A stretch of 64,000 nucleotides of DNA. It comes from Antechinus flavipes. Lineage: Eukaryota. Below the pieces are notes generated by a model. That model ran no database searches and was not told the DNA's origin. It worked only from the letters and a program-made list of their open reading frames with translations. The stretch spans positions 1,116,001 through 1,180,000 of the forward strand of contig NC_067400.1 in NCBI RefSeq assembly GCF_016432865.1, read 5' to 3'. The translations under genes were made by a program, and so were the position numbers. The first letter of the stretch is position 1; the number at the start of each line of letters is the position of its first letter. Below, piece by piece: positions 1-12,400 of this stretch.

Positions 1-86
1 TTCTGCTGCCCAGAGCGGCCCCCTGAGACTGCAGTAGAGTGGGAGTGCCCACAAGTCCACCACAAAGCTTCTCGAATTTGACTTAC

Positions 87-215
87 CTCTTTGGAGTTCA
101 GAATTTTGAGCAAAGGGAACAACACAGCAGGGAAGAGGGACGTCACAGCCAGAGGGATGACCTCTGTGCACCAGTACACGGCCATGAGGATGATGACGTA
201 GCCACAAGCAGCAGG
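87..215 (-). CDS. SLC13A5: SLC13A5 coding exon 2 (43 codons)
   Basis: tgcag|CCT acceptor; GAG|GTAAGT donor; LMAVYWCTEVIPLAVTSL motif of the SLC13 family. Confidence 0.95.
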
Positions 216-3200
216 CTGCAACACAAGCCATACTGGGAGTTAGGTGGCAGCCCCCACAGCTGCCCTCAAGAGAGGCTTGCTGTGCATTTCTCAAGCATTT
301 CTACAAGGTGAGCTCCCCAAGTAATGAAGTACCCAAGACTGGGAAAAGTGAGAGCTTCAGTCAGACAAGTCCAAAGGGATCAGACCGCCATCAGGAAATG
401 ACCCTGGCTCTCCCTCCTCTCTCGTCTTCTGGGAAGATGCGCTCTGGAAGACCAACCCATGGAAAAGGAGGTAAAGAGGGCGAGCCCCGCATCGCACCTT
501 CCCCAAAGGTGAGGGGAAGGACCAGCAAATCACAGGACAACAGTAGCAATGGCCGACACGTAACATAGAGAGATATGGCGAGAGTTGAGCGCTTTATAAA
601 TTTCTCATTTGATCCCCACGATGGCCCTGGGAATCCAATGTCATCTCCATTTCATGAAGGAGGAAAAAGCAAAGAGGGTGAGGTGACTGTCCCAGCATCA
701 CACAGCTAGTGAGATCCTCCTGATCCCAAGTGAGTGCTTCCCCCGCTGAGATGCCTCCCAACAAAGAGCCTTGGGTCTGGAGCAAACACAGCCTTGGAAG
801 TGCTCTGGGCTCAGTTTTCTCCTCTGTAAAGTGAGGACTCTTATTATGGAGTTTCAAAAGTCCATTCCCTTCTTAACAAAGCAGTCAGCAAAATTCAGGT
901 CCCTGGGTGGCCACAGCTCCCCTTGCCCCTCATCAAGGATAACAAGGTGAGAGAATTGGACCTCACGGATGGGATGAGACCAGTGGTCAGAAATGACTCT
1001 TGGAGGAATATCTTATCTAAAAAGAGGAGGATCAAAATGTGGGCGGGGAGGGGAGGGAAAGAGGATGAGGGTAGCATTGATATATTTTTTAAAATCACCA
1101 TTTGGGGAAATCTAGGAGTCAGAATGGGGGACGCGTGGTGGACAGTTGGGCAAGGAGGATGGGGAACAGAATGGAAATCCTATTTTCATGGGAGTAAACT
1201 ACATCCCGCCCCGGCAGAAGGAAATGGCCGAGCGGCTCAGGGGGCCGAGCACCCATCTGAAAAGGATATTCTCGTGACCAGGGTTTTCAGTCATTGGGAA
1301 TCCGAGGTAACAGAACATTGTTTGGGACCGAACTGAATGATCTTTCAGGAGGTGGAGAAAGCAGTGATGGGATTGCTATTCAGTAAGTGCACCAACATCG
1401 AGAAGTACATGGGAACTTGGACAGGACAATAGGGACTGATGGGCAAGTACTCCAGATCTAGGGTGACCATACCTGCATTGGACAAGCATTTATTATGCAC
1501 CGACTAGGGGTGGAGCACTCTTGCTGGGACCTGGGACAGCAGGAGGGCTTTCTTTAGGCTCTGACATTCTCCTGGGGATGGGGGAGGCAGAAGAGCCCTG
1601 CTGGCCATATTGTGACCATATTGGGGAGGGGTGAGAATTAAAGAAGCTTCCTGAAGGCTTTAGTAGCCCAGTTTAGCCTTGAAGGATTATAGGAGGGGGA
1701 GGGGAGGAGTAGTCTAAGTTTAAGGGACAGCCTGAGATACCCAACAGTCACCTGGATGAAATTAGTCACATGTACTGTGTAAGAGAGCAGTCTCAGGGGT
1801 GACTGGGGGTTGGACCCCAACTCCTAAAAGCATTAGAGAAATGGGCCAGTCCCTCCTTAATACAATTTCTTCCCAATGGCCAGTCGGGGAAAGCGTGGGA
1901 CACTGCACTCAGCACCTCAGTCCCGGGCCTGGCCACCCTTCCAAAGCCTCTCCTCCACCCTGGGAGTGCCCCAGCCCGACAGTCGCCAGTTTCAGAAGTC
2001 AGTGGGCATCTGTACCCCAACATCTGGCACACTGGTGCTCAGACTGAAGAGCCGGTGGGGCTGCAGGTAGGAACTCACAGGGCTCTCAACAAACTCCAGC
2101 TGGGGCCCAGCAAAAGCTTTCTGTTTGACTTTGAACATCAAGCCATTGTCTCTGAAGACTGAGAGACGGGCTGGTAAGTGCTGGAATACTTGTAAGTGGG
2201 GATGACACAGCAGGAGGGAGCCAAGGTGAGGAAGCACAGGTGACCAGCCCAAACTTGGAAGAAACCCGAAAGATTGGCAAGCAGGTGAGGTCTGGGGGGG
2301 AGGGACACACAGGTGGGCAGCCCCAACCTGAGGCTGCATGGACCCTGGAGGGGGCTCCAGAACTCCAGCCCTGCTCACCCCAAGTGAGAGAGGTGGGGGT
2401 GGGAGGGAGATCAGGCATGGGGAGAGCACCCAGCTGCAGAGGCCAAGAGGGGCAGAGCAGCCCAGGCCATGTCATTCCCAATTCACATGAGATGGCCACC
2501 CTGAGCCAAGCTGAGAAAGTCTGCCCTCAGACAGTGTCTGCTCTCTTGGGTCCAGCCCCAGAGCAGCTGCCACTGATTGCTGGGGTCTCCTTGTGCCCTG
2601 TCCTCTCCCTGAGCTCCAGAGGTTCTTGCCAGGGCTGCCCAAGGTGGAGAGGAGCCTGGGCTGCTAGTCACTAGCCAGGAACCACACGAGTCTCACCAAC
2701 TCGGGCATCGTCAGTCTTGGTAAGAACTCTCAGGAGGCTCCCCGTTGTCCTCATAGATCTCCTCGGTCAGTTAGAAACCAGGAGCTGGTGAGCAGGGGCT
2801 GGGCCCCGGGGCTCTGGCTGCTTCCCAGAGCGCTCCTCAGTTACCACAAAGACTCAAACTAGACAGCTCTGGGGCAAAGCAGAGAAGCGGGTGGCCGTCC
2901 CCACTGAGAGCGGCCCTCCACCGGCCTGCCTCTTCCTGGGCTCGGACGCACTAGCCACGGTCTCCCACAGGCGCGCCCTTGGGCAGCCATTCTGGACGCC
3001 CCCACTGCTGTCCCGCAGGGAACAGAGGAGAGAGGAGGGAGGAGGGAGGACGGACAGCTGGGAGGAGGGGAAAAAGACAGCTGGGGAAAGGAGAACGGAC
3101 AGTTGGGAGAAGGAAGGCGGGCGGGGGCGCTATCTCGGGGAGCCAGAAGTGGACGCAGGAGCTGGAAGACCACCCTGCGAGACAGCGCCGAGCTCCAGGA

Positions 3201-4935
3201 TCGGACAGCTCCGGGAGTCGCGGCCAAGCTCCAAAGAGCAACTTCGCAGGTCCATGGCCTCTTCTCTCCTTCCCGGGCACTGCCGCTAGGAGGCGTACGG
3301 GAGCGCTAGGTTCGGGAGCCCCAGGAGCCGGGGACGGGGAGAGAGCTCTGCGGACCGTTCCTCAGGGAGATGCAGAGTACTGGGGAGGAGTCCAGAGGCT
3401 CAATAAGGTTCGGCCCGACACTTAGGATCCTACCTCAGCAGCACAGAGAAGCCCGAGACTGCTAAAAGAGTAAGCAAGGGAGAGCAAGCAAAAGATGGAG
3501 GTGGGAAGAGGGGACGGGGAGAGAGACGAGAGATATAAACAGAGAGACAAACCAAGAGAAGCAGAGAAGGAGAGGGGAAACGGAACAGAGACTGAGAGGG
3601 ACGGAGAGAAAGTGGAGAGAGGGTGAGACAGAGAGGAGGAGGAGAGAGAGAGACTGGTACAGAGGGAGGGAGGGAAGAGAAAGACAAACCAGAGAAAGAG
3701 AGAGAAGCGGGACACAGGAGGGGAAGAGCCGAGGGAGAGAAAAAAACAGGAGAGATGAGAGGGAGAGAGAAACAGGAGAGATGGGAGAGAGAGGAGAGAG
3801 AAACGGAACAGAGACAGGGAAGGAGAGAAAGCGGAGAGGGTGAGACAGGAGAAAGAAAAAGATAGACGAAGGAGAGAGAAAGACAAGTACAAAAAGAGAG
3901 GGAGGAAAAAGAAAGAGAAGCCAGAGAAAGAGAGAGAGAAGCGGGACACGGGAGGGGAAGAGCAGAGGGAGAGAAAAAAACAGGAGAGATGAGAGGGAGA
4001 GGAGAGAGAAACGGAACAGAGAGAGAGAAGGAGAGAAAGCGGAGAGGGTGAGACAGGAGAAAGAAAACGACAGGCGAAGGAGAGAGAAAGACAAGTACAA
4101 AAAGGGAGGGAGGGAAGAGATAGCGGAAAGATAGGGATAGAGAGACGGGGAAAAGCAGGAGAGATGGGAGGGGGACGGGAGAGGGAGAAGGAAAGGGATA
4201 AACAGAGATGAGGGGGGAGAGGGAAAGAGAAAAACAGTAGAGATGGGGGGGAGGGAAGAGCCACAGGGAAGCCAGAGGTGCGGGGGCGAGCCGCCACTTA
4301 GCGCCCAGTCCCCCGCAAAGGGAGAGAGTGCTAGTCAGCCTATGCTGGCAGCCCACGAGCCCTGCCCCTGGGAGGGAGCGCTCTGAAGAGCTGGGGGAGC
4401 CCTTTGCGTTAATTCATTGTCCCGAGCCCCCAGAGCCGCTATTTTGGGCCTTCAGCCCGGGCTCCCGGCAGGCAGCGCTGTCCAGTTAAAGGGGGTCTTG
4501 GTCCTGGCCCCGGATCTGTCCAGACCGCGCCTCCGGTTCCTAATGGCCCCGGCTTCGCTCACCGGGCTGACTTCCCGGGTCCCAGTCCGGCCCTCTGCCT
4601 GTCCCGGTCCCCATGGTCCTAAGCCAAGAGTCTTGCCTCTGTCCCTAACGCGGGCCCAGCTCCGGGCTCCGTCAGCGCACAGCCCACACCACTCAGCCAA
4701 CACTTATTCAGCACCTGCTGTGTGCTGAGCCCCGGCCGCTCGGCCGGCCCCTGGACCTGTTCCCGGTCGGGTCCCAGCCCCGTGCGCAGCCCCCAAGCCC
4801 ATCCCCGGCCCCCGGCTCCGGGCCCATCTTCACCTTGAACTGGGTCTGTATCATGAGGGGCAGCAGCAGCAAAGGGGGCAAGAACAGAAGCAGAAAAGAC
4901 CCAAACTTCTTCAGGCAGCTCCTAAACGAGGCCAT
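87..4935 (-). CDS. SLC13A5: Na+/citrate cotransporter NaCT, 5' part (coding exons 4935-4834 and 215-87; the gene continues left of the window)
   Basis: Spliced translation MASFRSCLKKFGSFLLLFLPPLLLLPLMIQTQFK|PAACGYVIILMAVYWCTEVIPLAVTSLFPAVLFPLLKILNSKE matches the SLC13A5 N-terminus. Exons are 102 and 129 bp with GT/AG ends. Synteny with XAF1 supports SLC13A5 over other SLC13 paralogs. Confidence 0.93.
2860..3420. other. Intronic CpG-rich segment in SLC13A5 intron 1
   Basis: High CpG density compared with flanking intron. Confidence 0.5.
3440..4260. repeat. Purine-rich (GA) low-complexity tract with internal duplications
   Basis: Direct reading; source of the spurious S/L/F-rich ORFs. Confidence 0.9.
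4834..4935 (-). CDS. SLC13A5: SLC13A5 coding exon 1 (34 codons)
   Basis: ATG at 4935-4933; AAG|GTGAAG donor. Confidence 0.92.
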
Positions 4936-6420
4936 CTTCGGTTGGGGGAGAGAGAGCCAAGAGCGGGAGGGAGGGCTGCGGGAGCCGCCGCCTTAAGTAG
5001 AGCCTGCGGGAGGCCCCCGGCCCCCGCGGAAGAGGGGAGGGGAGAAATCCCCTCCCCCGAAGCTCAGGCCCGGCCCGGCCCCTCTCTCCCCGCCTTGGTT
5101 CCTCCCTCCCCGCCCCGCAACCTGGTTTGAGCCGGACGTCGGAATGGGGGAAGGGCTCCCTCCTCTGCCCTCCCAGGTTCAGGCCACACCTCCCCGACCC
5201 CCGCCCCTCCCCTCAACTGGGCAGCGCCCGAGGGAGCGGACCCAGTCACACCCTCCTGCCGGCAGGGGGAGGCTCGGCCGGAGGGGCCGGCCTCCGAGCT
5301 CCCCCACACACCCCCGGGGGAGGCAGGAAGACTGGAGGCGGGGGGAAGCCGGGGGCTGCCACGCAGCAGAATCCAACTTTCCGGCCCGGAATTCCCGCGT
5401 TGTCCCAGAGAAACCGTAACGGACACTAACGCTCCCTTGCCCCCGCCCCCCTCCATTTTCTCACACATCGCCGGGAGGTTCTTTCCGTCTGCTCCCCACC
5501 TTCCCGGTGACTCCTGGTCCCCGCCTGACAAATGTGCCCCTGACGCGCCTCTCCTTCCCAGAGGAGCCTCCGACGGAAACCCGATTGCTAACCCCGACGA
5601 GGGGCCATAGAGGGTCGGACCCCCGCCTGTGCACCGTGGGTCAAGCTGAGTCTCCAGCACGCCCTCCTGCCCCGACCGCCCAGTCCTAAGCCTCGGTCCT
5701 CGTCCCAAGCTGATGTGTGAGCCCCGTCCCTTTCCCCCGACAGCCGGAACAGGCGCCAGCTTCCTCCGCCTGCTCGCGCTCCTCCTGCGTTGCCTTGGCA
5801 TTCAGTGTCCCGCCCCAGCCTCCCCGAGTCTCCGCTAATCTCTCTGCGTCCTATGTCCCCGTCCCAGTGAACTTGGGACGCTCCTTACCGGGTCCCATGC
5901 TCTTTGTCCCGAGCCGGGGCCAGCTCGCTCAGCTCCTCTCACGGACGCCCTCCGCTGGACTTGAACTTTAGACAAACCCTCGGGAAGAGATCTAGAGCCG
6001 GCACTCGGAAGGGCACGGTCTCTAGTGCCCGTTCCCCCCTTCCCTCCCCCTCTTCCCCCCTCCTCCCCGCTTCTCTCTCTCCTCCCTCCCCTCTCCCCCC
6101 CCCCCCCCCCCCGCTTCGCCATGTGAACGTCGGGGCTCAGGTCTGGGATTCTCTGCTTCGCAAGTACCCGGATGCCTCAGCAGGCGGCAAAGGGCAAGTG
6201 CCCGGAGTGGGCGAGGGGACTTTCCAGCTTGTTGGAGAGGCGGCTGAGGCAGCCCAAGGAGCCGGCAGAAGTCTTCCAAGATCCCAGACCGCCTTCGTGC
6301 AGGTAACAGAAGCCGGAGGGCCGCTTTTCACTCTGTTGGGCCGCATACAAAGCAAAAGAGTCTCAGGCTGGAGGTCGGGACCCTGGGAGCTCCCCGAAGC
6401 TCCCCAGTGATAGCTAGGAC
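4936..6420 (-). promoter_or_regulatory. SLC13A5 CpG-island promoter/upstream region (GC boxes; perfect kB site at 6216-6225)
   Basis: CpG-rich; CCCCGCCCC near 5108; GGGACTTTCC at 6216-6225. Confidence 0.6.
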
Positions 6421-6484
6421 CTCTAGATTTTCCCATTCGGAGAACATGGGGCTAAGCATGGGGAGCTGTTTGCAGGCCCTGAAG

Positions 6485-6700
6485 CCGCTAGGTGGAGCAC
6501 AGAGTGGCCATCCTGCCGACGGAGAGTTCAGATCCGGCCTCGGACAGATGTATTAGCTGTGTGGCGTTGGACAAGTCATGTCACCCTGCTTGCCACCATG
6601 TCTTCATCTGTAAAATGAGCTGAAGTAGGGAAAGGAAAGCAACTTTGTCTTTGCCAAGAAAACCCTAAATGGGGTCACGAAGGGTCATTCAACAAAAACA
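6485..6700 (+). mobile_element. Marsupial CORE-SINE (Mar/WALLSI-like)
   Basis: gagttcagatccggcctcggaca...catctgtaaaatgag core plus tttgccaagaaaaccctaaatggggtcacga tail. Confidence 0.7.
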
Positions 6701-7939
6701 AATCCATCGTTGCCATTGACTGCCTGGTAGTGGGGAAGTGCACCCCAGGGATTCCGGAGGGAGGTTTTTGCTTGACGTTTTTCCCCACTCCATCTGACTA
6801 AAATGCTTTTGCTAAGTCCTAATTAACTTTGGCCTCCCATGCTGCTGGTCAGCCACCAGTGGAGAGTCCTGGGAGTATGGGCAGATTCCCCCCTCTGGGG
6901 CCCCAAGCAGTAAGTTCGGTGTGGGGCAGTCCACCAGAGGTGCGACAGTCAGACATGTGGCCAGATCTAATGCTCTGTTCTCTGCAGCCTTTGACACAGT
7001 GGGTCACCCTCTTCTCTTAACTGGCTTCTCTCCAGGCTCCCAGAAGACTTGTCTCTCCTATTTCCTGCTCCTTGTCAGTTCTGCCTGGATTTTCATCCAG
7101 TTCACTCCCACTAACCATGAGTCAGAGTCAGTATCACAATATTCTCTGCTAAGCCCTGGAAATGTAGAGGCATCAGAGTGGGTCTGCCTGCAGACGCTTA
7201 CACTATAAAGGAACATTAACCACCTAAGAAAAGGCTGAAAAGGCACAGGGAGTAGGAGCCCCATGCGCTCCTTTGGCTGGTTGAGACATTATCTGAGGAG
7301 GTGTCCATAAAAGAGTTTCTGGGAATTGTGAAGAACAGGAAAGCAAAAGAGTGGATAAATTTGAGGTGAATTTCCTAGACACCTCTTCAATGATGGAGCA
7401 TCTGGGAGGAGCTGTCCAAAGTCCACCTCCACCCTCTCCATTTATGAATGCTTCTCTGGGTTCTTCCCCCTCTGTACTATTTCCCATCCACTCTCATGGT
7501 CATCTCAATGTTCATGATCATCAGATCTACTTATCCCCCCTCCCCCAATTTCCCTGCTGACCTCTGGACTTACAGCTTTTGGGCCATCTTGAGCTAAGTG
7601 ACCACTGGCAGCTTCATTGTCCGATATCCAGTTCTGAGTCACAGATCCGCTAAATGGGACTTACCCACAACAGCGGTATTCCAGGTAAGGATGCCCTAGC
7701 AGCATATGGGAAAAGGAAGAAAAAGCAAGCAGTAGTAGCAAAGGTGTGACTCAGAACTCAGAAACAGAGCAGGCTCTCACTTCCAACTCTAGCCTATCCT
7801 ACAGAGGAATAAGCAGGGCAGAAATCTGAGACCCAAGGGGAACCTATAATTCTACCAGGTCTCAGTTGGCCAATACTGACAGAGTCCAGCAGCATCACCT
7901 TGCTCAGATCCAAGACTTGGTCAGAAATCTATAGAGGTC

Positions 7940-8420
7940 AAATCAAGGGGGCAGAAGTTAAACATAGTCTTGGATTAGAAAGACCATTTGGAAAATTACA
8001 GAAAATGTGCAGATTTCCAGCCTGTCTGAGATCCCCAATAAGACAACACCCCAAGAAGACAACATGATCAACAGTTTCCAGAAGCAAAGACTCAAAGGAA
8101 AACCCAGAATGGGCACAAACTTAGAATTCCTGGAAGAGACAAAGCAGGAGTTTTGTTGTTGTTGTTGTTGTTTAAATTTTAATAAAAACACGAGGAAAAA
8201 ACTGGAAAAGAAGTGGGAGCTATAATCATAGCCAACAAAGAGCTTACAGAGATTGAATAGAATTTTAGAAAAGTTAGCTATGATAGACTTCTGGAGGAAA
8301 CTGAATGGGAATAGAATATGCCTTTTCTCAGCTGTACATAGCACTTCACAAAAATTGACCATTCAGTAAAGCATTAAAATCTTACAACAGCAGAAAATTC
8401 AAAATAGTAAATATATCTGG
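7940..8420 (+). mobile_element. Degraded L1 fragment (ORF2 endonuclease region)
   Basis: ttctcagctgtacatagcacttcacaaaaattgaccat encodes a decayed FSAVHGTFTKIDH motif; stops and frameshifts. Confidence 0.75.
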
Positions 8421-8429
8421 AGGACGTTA

Positions 8430-9000
8430 AGTGATTTAAGAAAGGTAAACGAACAGATGGAAACTATGGGAACTCTTCAGCCTCCAGCCAGCTCTACTCT
8501 TCATGTCATTCCGGTGAAATCTCTCAAAGTGCTCTGTGTCTGCACCAGAGTGCTCCTCTCCAATGCAGCTGAACTCTCTTCTCGTAGCTTTTTCCTCTGA
8601 AAACTCTTCTTCTGCCACCAGCCAGCCAAGTGGAAAATATTCTCTCTTGCCTTGCCTTGGAGAGAGGGCTTCTGGCGTAATTCCGCTGAAATCTCGACTT
8701 GTAGCTTCTTCACTCTGAAAAACTTCTTTGACTGGCCCATTGAAGCTCTATTTATGTTCCTTCAAGAGAGGGATTGTGGGTTTTCTCCCATAGTGCTCTT
8801 TGGCCCAAAGAGCTTCAAAGGAGGTGTGAACTCATAAAGTTACAAAGTTTACTTTGTGAAACTCCCATACTTGTGAACTCCAATGAGTAAAGGTGTGAAC
8901 ACAAGCCTTGTATTAATTAGTTCTACTTAGTACCTTGTTTCAGGTTCTGGCCCAAAACATCTTCTTGTAAGATTAGATCAACTCCAATTAGTTAGCAGTT
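8430..9000. mobile_element. Probable ERV solo LTR inserted in the L1
   Basis: Non-L1 block interrupting L1 ORF2; repeated gtgaactc motifs resembling marsupial LTRs (recalled). Confidence 0.45.
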
Positions 9001-10560
9001 TGTAAAGATTCCAACATATACCCTTTTCAAAATACAATAAAATAAAATTATATTTAATAAAGGACCATGAAAACATAGGTTGAAAATTAATTGGAAATTA
9101 ATTCTCAAGAATGAAAGGGTCAAAGAACAAACCACAGAAACAAATAACTTCATTAAGAGAATAAAAGCAATGAGACAAAATGACAAAATGCCAAAATTCA
9201 TTGTAATACAGCAAAAACAGTATTTAGGGAGACTTTGTATCTCAACGTTTACATCATCTAAAAGCGTAGATCAGTGAAATTGGTATGCAATTTTTTAAAA
9301 ATAGGGGAAAAACCCTCCAATTAAATATCAAATTGGAAATTCTGAAAATCAAAAGATTAATAAAATTGAAAGTAAGACGACCCATTCAATAAAACCTAGA
9401 AGCTGGTTTTGGGGGGGAAATGATTAATTTGATTTAAATGAGAAGGAAATCAAATTATCAGTATCAAAATACTGAAAAGCATGAATTTACCACCAATGAA
9501 GATGAAATCGAAGTAATTATTAGTTATATTGCCTAATTAAATCCAATAAACCACACAATCTAAGTGAAATGGATGAACATTTGTTGTTGTGGAGTCACTT
9601 CAATCATGTGTGATTCTGAAACCCCATATGGGATTTTCTTTGCAAAGATCCTGCTAATAATTTTTCTTCTCCAGTTTACATTATAAATGAGGAAACTAAG
9701 GCAAAAAAGGATTAAGTGATTAACCTAGAGAGGCACAGCTAATAACTGTTTAAAGCCAGATTTGAAATCAGGTTTTCTTGACTCCAGGCCTGGGATTCTA
9801 TCCACTGTACCACCTCACTACCCCTACTGAATATTTTTTAAAAACAAAATAAATTGTCCAGATTAACAGAAGAGGAAATATTTAAATAACTCTGTATCTT
9901 AAATCCACAAGATCAGATAAATTCACAAATTAATTCTGCCAGACATTTAAAGAACAATTCATTCTGATGTCATATAAGCTATTTGGAAAAATAGGCAAAG
10001 AAGGAGTCCCTCCAAATTTCTTTTATAACACAAATATGGCACTGATAAATTAAACCAAGAAGAACCAATACAGAAAACTGGACCAATTTGGACCAATTTT
10101 TCCTAATGACTATTGATGCAAAAATTTTGAATAAAATACTAGTAAGATTACAAAAATATATCACAAAGATCATACACTATGATCAGATAGGTTTATACCA
10201 GGAATACAGGGCTGGTTCAATATTGTGGAAATTATCAGCATAATTCAACATATCAAAAAACCAAACAAACATATAATTATTTCAATAGATGCAGAAAAGG
10301 CTTTTGACAAAATACAATACTCATTCCTATTTTTTAAAAAACACACTAGAGAGCATAGAAATAAATGAAGCTTTCCTTAAAATAGCATTTATCTAATATC
10401 ACTAGCAAGCATTATCTGTAATGAGAATAAACTAAAAACCTTCCGAGTACAAACTAAGGTTGCCCATTATCACCACTATTATTAATATTACCTAGAATAA
10501 TAAGAGGGGGAAAAAATGAAGGAATTAAATGAGGAAACAAAAATACATCTTTGCATAAGT
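9000..10560 (+). mobile_element. Degraded L1 ORF2 (RT region), interrupted by a SINE
   Basis: Decayed [20 protein letters not shown] and [13 protein letters not shown] motifs. Confidence 0.85.
9575..9820 (-). mobile_element. Mar/WALLSI-like SINE nested in L1
   Basis: aatgaggaaactaaggc...agatttgaaatcagg...tatccactgtaccacc. Confidence 0.7.
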
Positions 10561-11399
10561 TTTTTGTGCATGTGTATTTCAACCACAGGTTAGAATCACT
10601 ACCTTTTCCAGTAAGCAGGTCATATCTTTGTTCATATCCTTTTCTAGCCCTTCATGCCAGGAGGTGAGCAGTGTGGTCCTTAAGTAGGCTGCCAAATCCC
10701 ACTACAACTTCAAGTGAGAAGGCCACCCTCTGGCCTGGGCAGGATGGTGACTACAACTCCCAGTGTATCTGCATCTGCTACTCTGTCACTTGCCCACCAC
10801 CACAGGACTTTAAGAGAGGTAGAAATGGTAAAATGGCATGAGTGGTATCTTTTGACTCAGTGCAGCAGAGTTGCATGAAATCATTAGCCTCATTCTTTCT
10901 ACCAGAATTGTCACAATCCAGCATCAGGACAAAAGTCAGAACAACTGATCGTGACCCTGGATACAGTGGATGTCCTTGACATCTATGACATCTAACCAAA
11001 CTCCAAGTTTTCTACAGCTGCTGCTTCAGTCACTTTCAAAGTTATGGAATTAATTATTCTCATCTGCCCATTCTAACAAGGGAAGTCTTCACATTTGGGG
11101 TTCCATACCTCCCTAATTCACTGATGAGACTGAAGCCATTGGAAACTTGTAAGACGTGTTAGCTCACCTGCCAAGATGGTTTACAGCTCCTTGGAGCATT
11201 TGAGGGGCAGGTAGAAACCAGAAGTGAAAAGTAGCTCTGAATAGATGGCCCTCACACCAGAAGAACTAGTCTCCCCTGAACACTCACACACCCCAATGTC
11301 CCACTAGTCATCTGGTCCTTGCACACCTTCTTTTGAACACTCTAGAATAGGCCTCATTTTCAGGAGAGCTTGCGGTCCTAATTCCCTCAATTTCCTCAC

Positions 11400-12400
11400 A
11401 TCATAATTCCTTCAAAATTGTTTTAGATCATTGTATTGCAGAGAGTGGTTAAGACTTTAATAGTTGATCATCTTATAATATTGCATTTGCTATGTAAAAT
11501 GTTCTGCTGGTCCCAAGAATTGGGATACTCTTCACTTTATATCAGTTAATTTAAGTCCAGATTTTTCTGAAACCTGTTATTTCTTTTACACAATAGTATT
11601 TTATCACAATCACATATCACAACTTGTCCAGCTATTAGCATTCCATGAATTTCAAATTTTTTGCCACTACAAAAGGAACTGCTGTAGTTATTTTTGTACA
11701 TAAAATTCCTTTTTAAAAATCATTTTGGATACAGACCCATGCTATTGCTTGATCAAAGAGCATACATGGTTTTATAGTCCTTTGGACATAGTTCCAAGTT
11801 GTTTTCCAAAATGGCTATACTGACAACTATACCAACAGTAACAGTGTCCCTATTTTCCCACATCTGAACATTTGTCCTTTTCCTTTTCTGTCATTTTAGC
11901 CAGCATCTGACAAGTGTGAGTGATACCTGAGAGTTGTTTTAATTTGCATTTCTCTTATCAATAGTGATTTAGAGTTTCTTAAACTTTTTTCATTTGTGAT
12001 CCCTTTTCACCCAATTTTTCTGTGACCCACAGGGTCACATAAAATAGGTATACAAATCAAGCATTTGTTGTTAAAAAATCATTTTACACCCCCCAATTCA
12101 GTTATATAACTCTATATGAGTTCACAAGCCACAATTTAAGAAGCTTTGGTTTAGAGTATTGTTTACATGACTATACAGAGCTTTAATTTCTTCTTCTGAA
12201 AATGACCTGTTCATATCCTTCAATCATTTATCAAATTGGAAAATGACTTATATTCTTATAATAATTGAGAAATGAAGCCTTTATCAGAATAACTTGCTAT
12301 ATAAATAACAAGTCAAATTTGTAAGAATACAAGTGATAAATGGTTAAAAAATATTGTAAGATTAATCTAGATTCAGAATTCACATTCAACTGATATAGTC
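11400..12400 (-). mobile_element. L1 3' ORF2 fragment, antisense
   Basis: gagttgttttaatttgcatttctctta and ttctgaaaatgacctgttcatatcc are L1 antisense hallmarks. Confidence 0.75.
11970..12148. mobile_element. hAT/Charlie-type MITE nested in L1
   Basis: Imperfect TIRs gagtttcttaaact / aatttaagaagctttg; 8-bp TSD-like atttagag (11967-11974) and gtttagag (12149-12156). Confidence 0.65.

Noticed and set aside
2859-3280. Minus-strand ORFs in the intronic CpG patch (SSALSRRVVFQLLRPLL; MDLRSC) as a duplicate SLC13A5 exon 1
   Set aside because: Similarity is limited to 3-5 residues, there is no convincing DNA alignment and no suitable donor.
3422-4356. S/L/F-rich 200-300-aa ORFs (also 16.7-17.4, 28.1-28.5, 33.1-35.9, 37.1-37.9 kb)
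   Set aside because: Low-complexity GA/CT tracts lacking stop codons.
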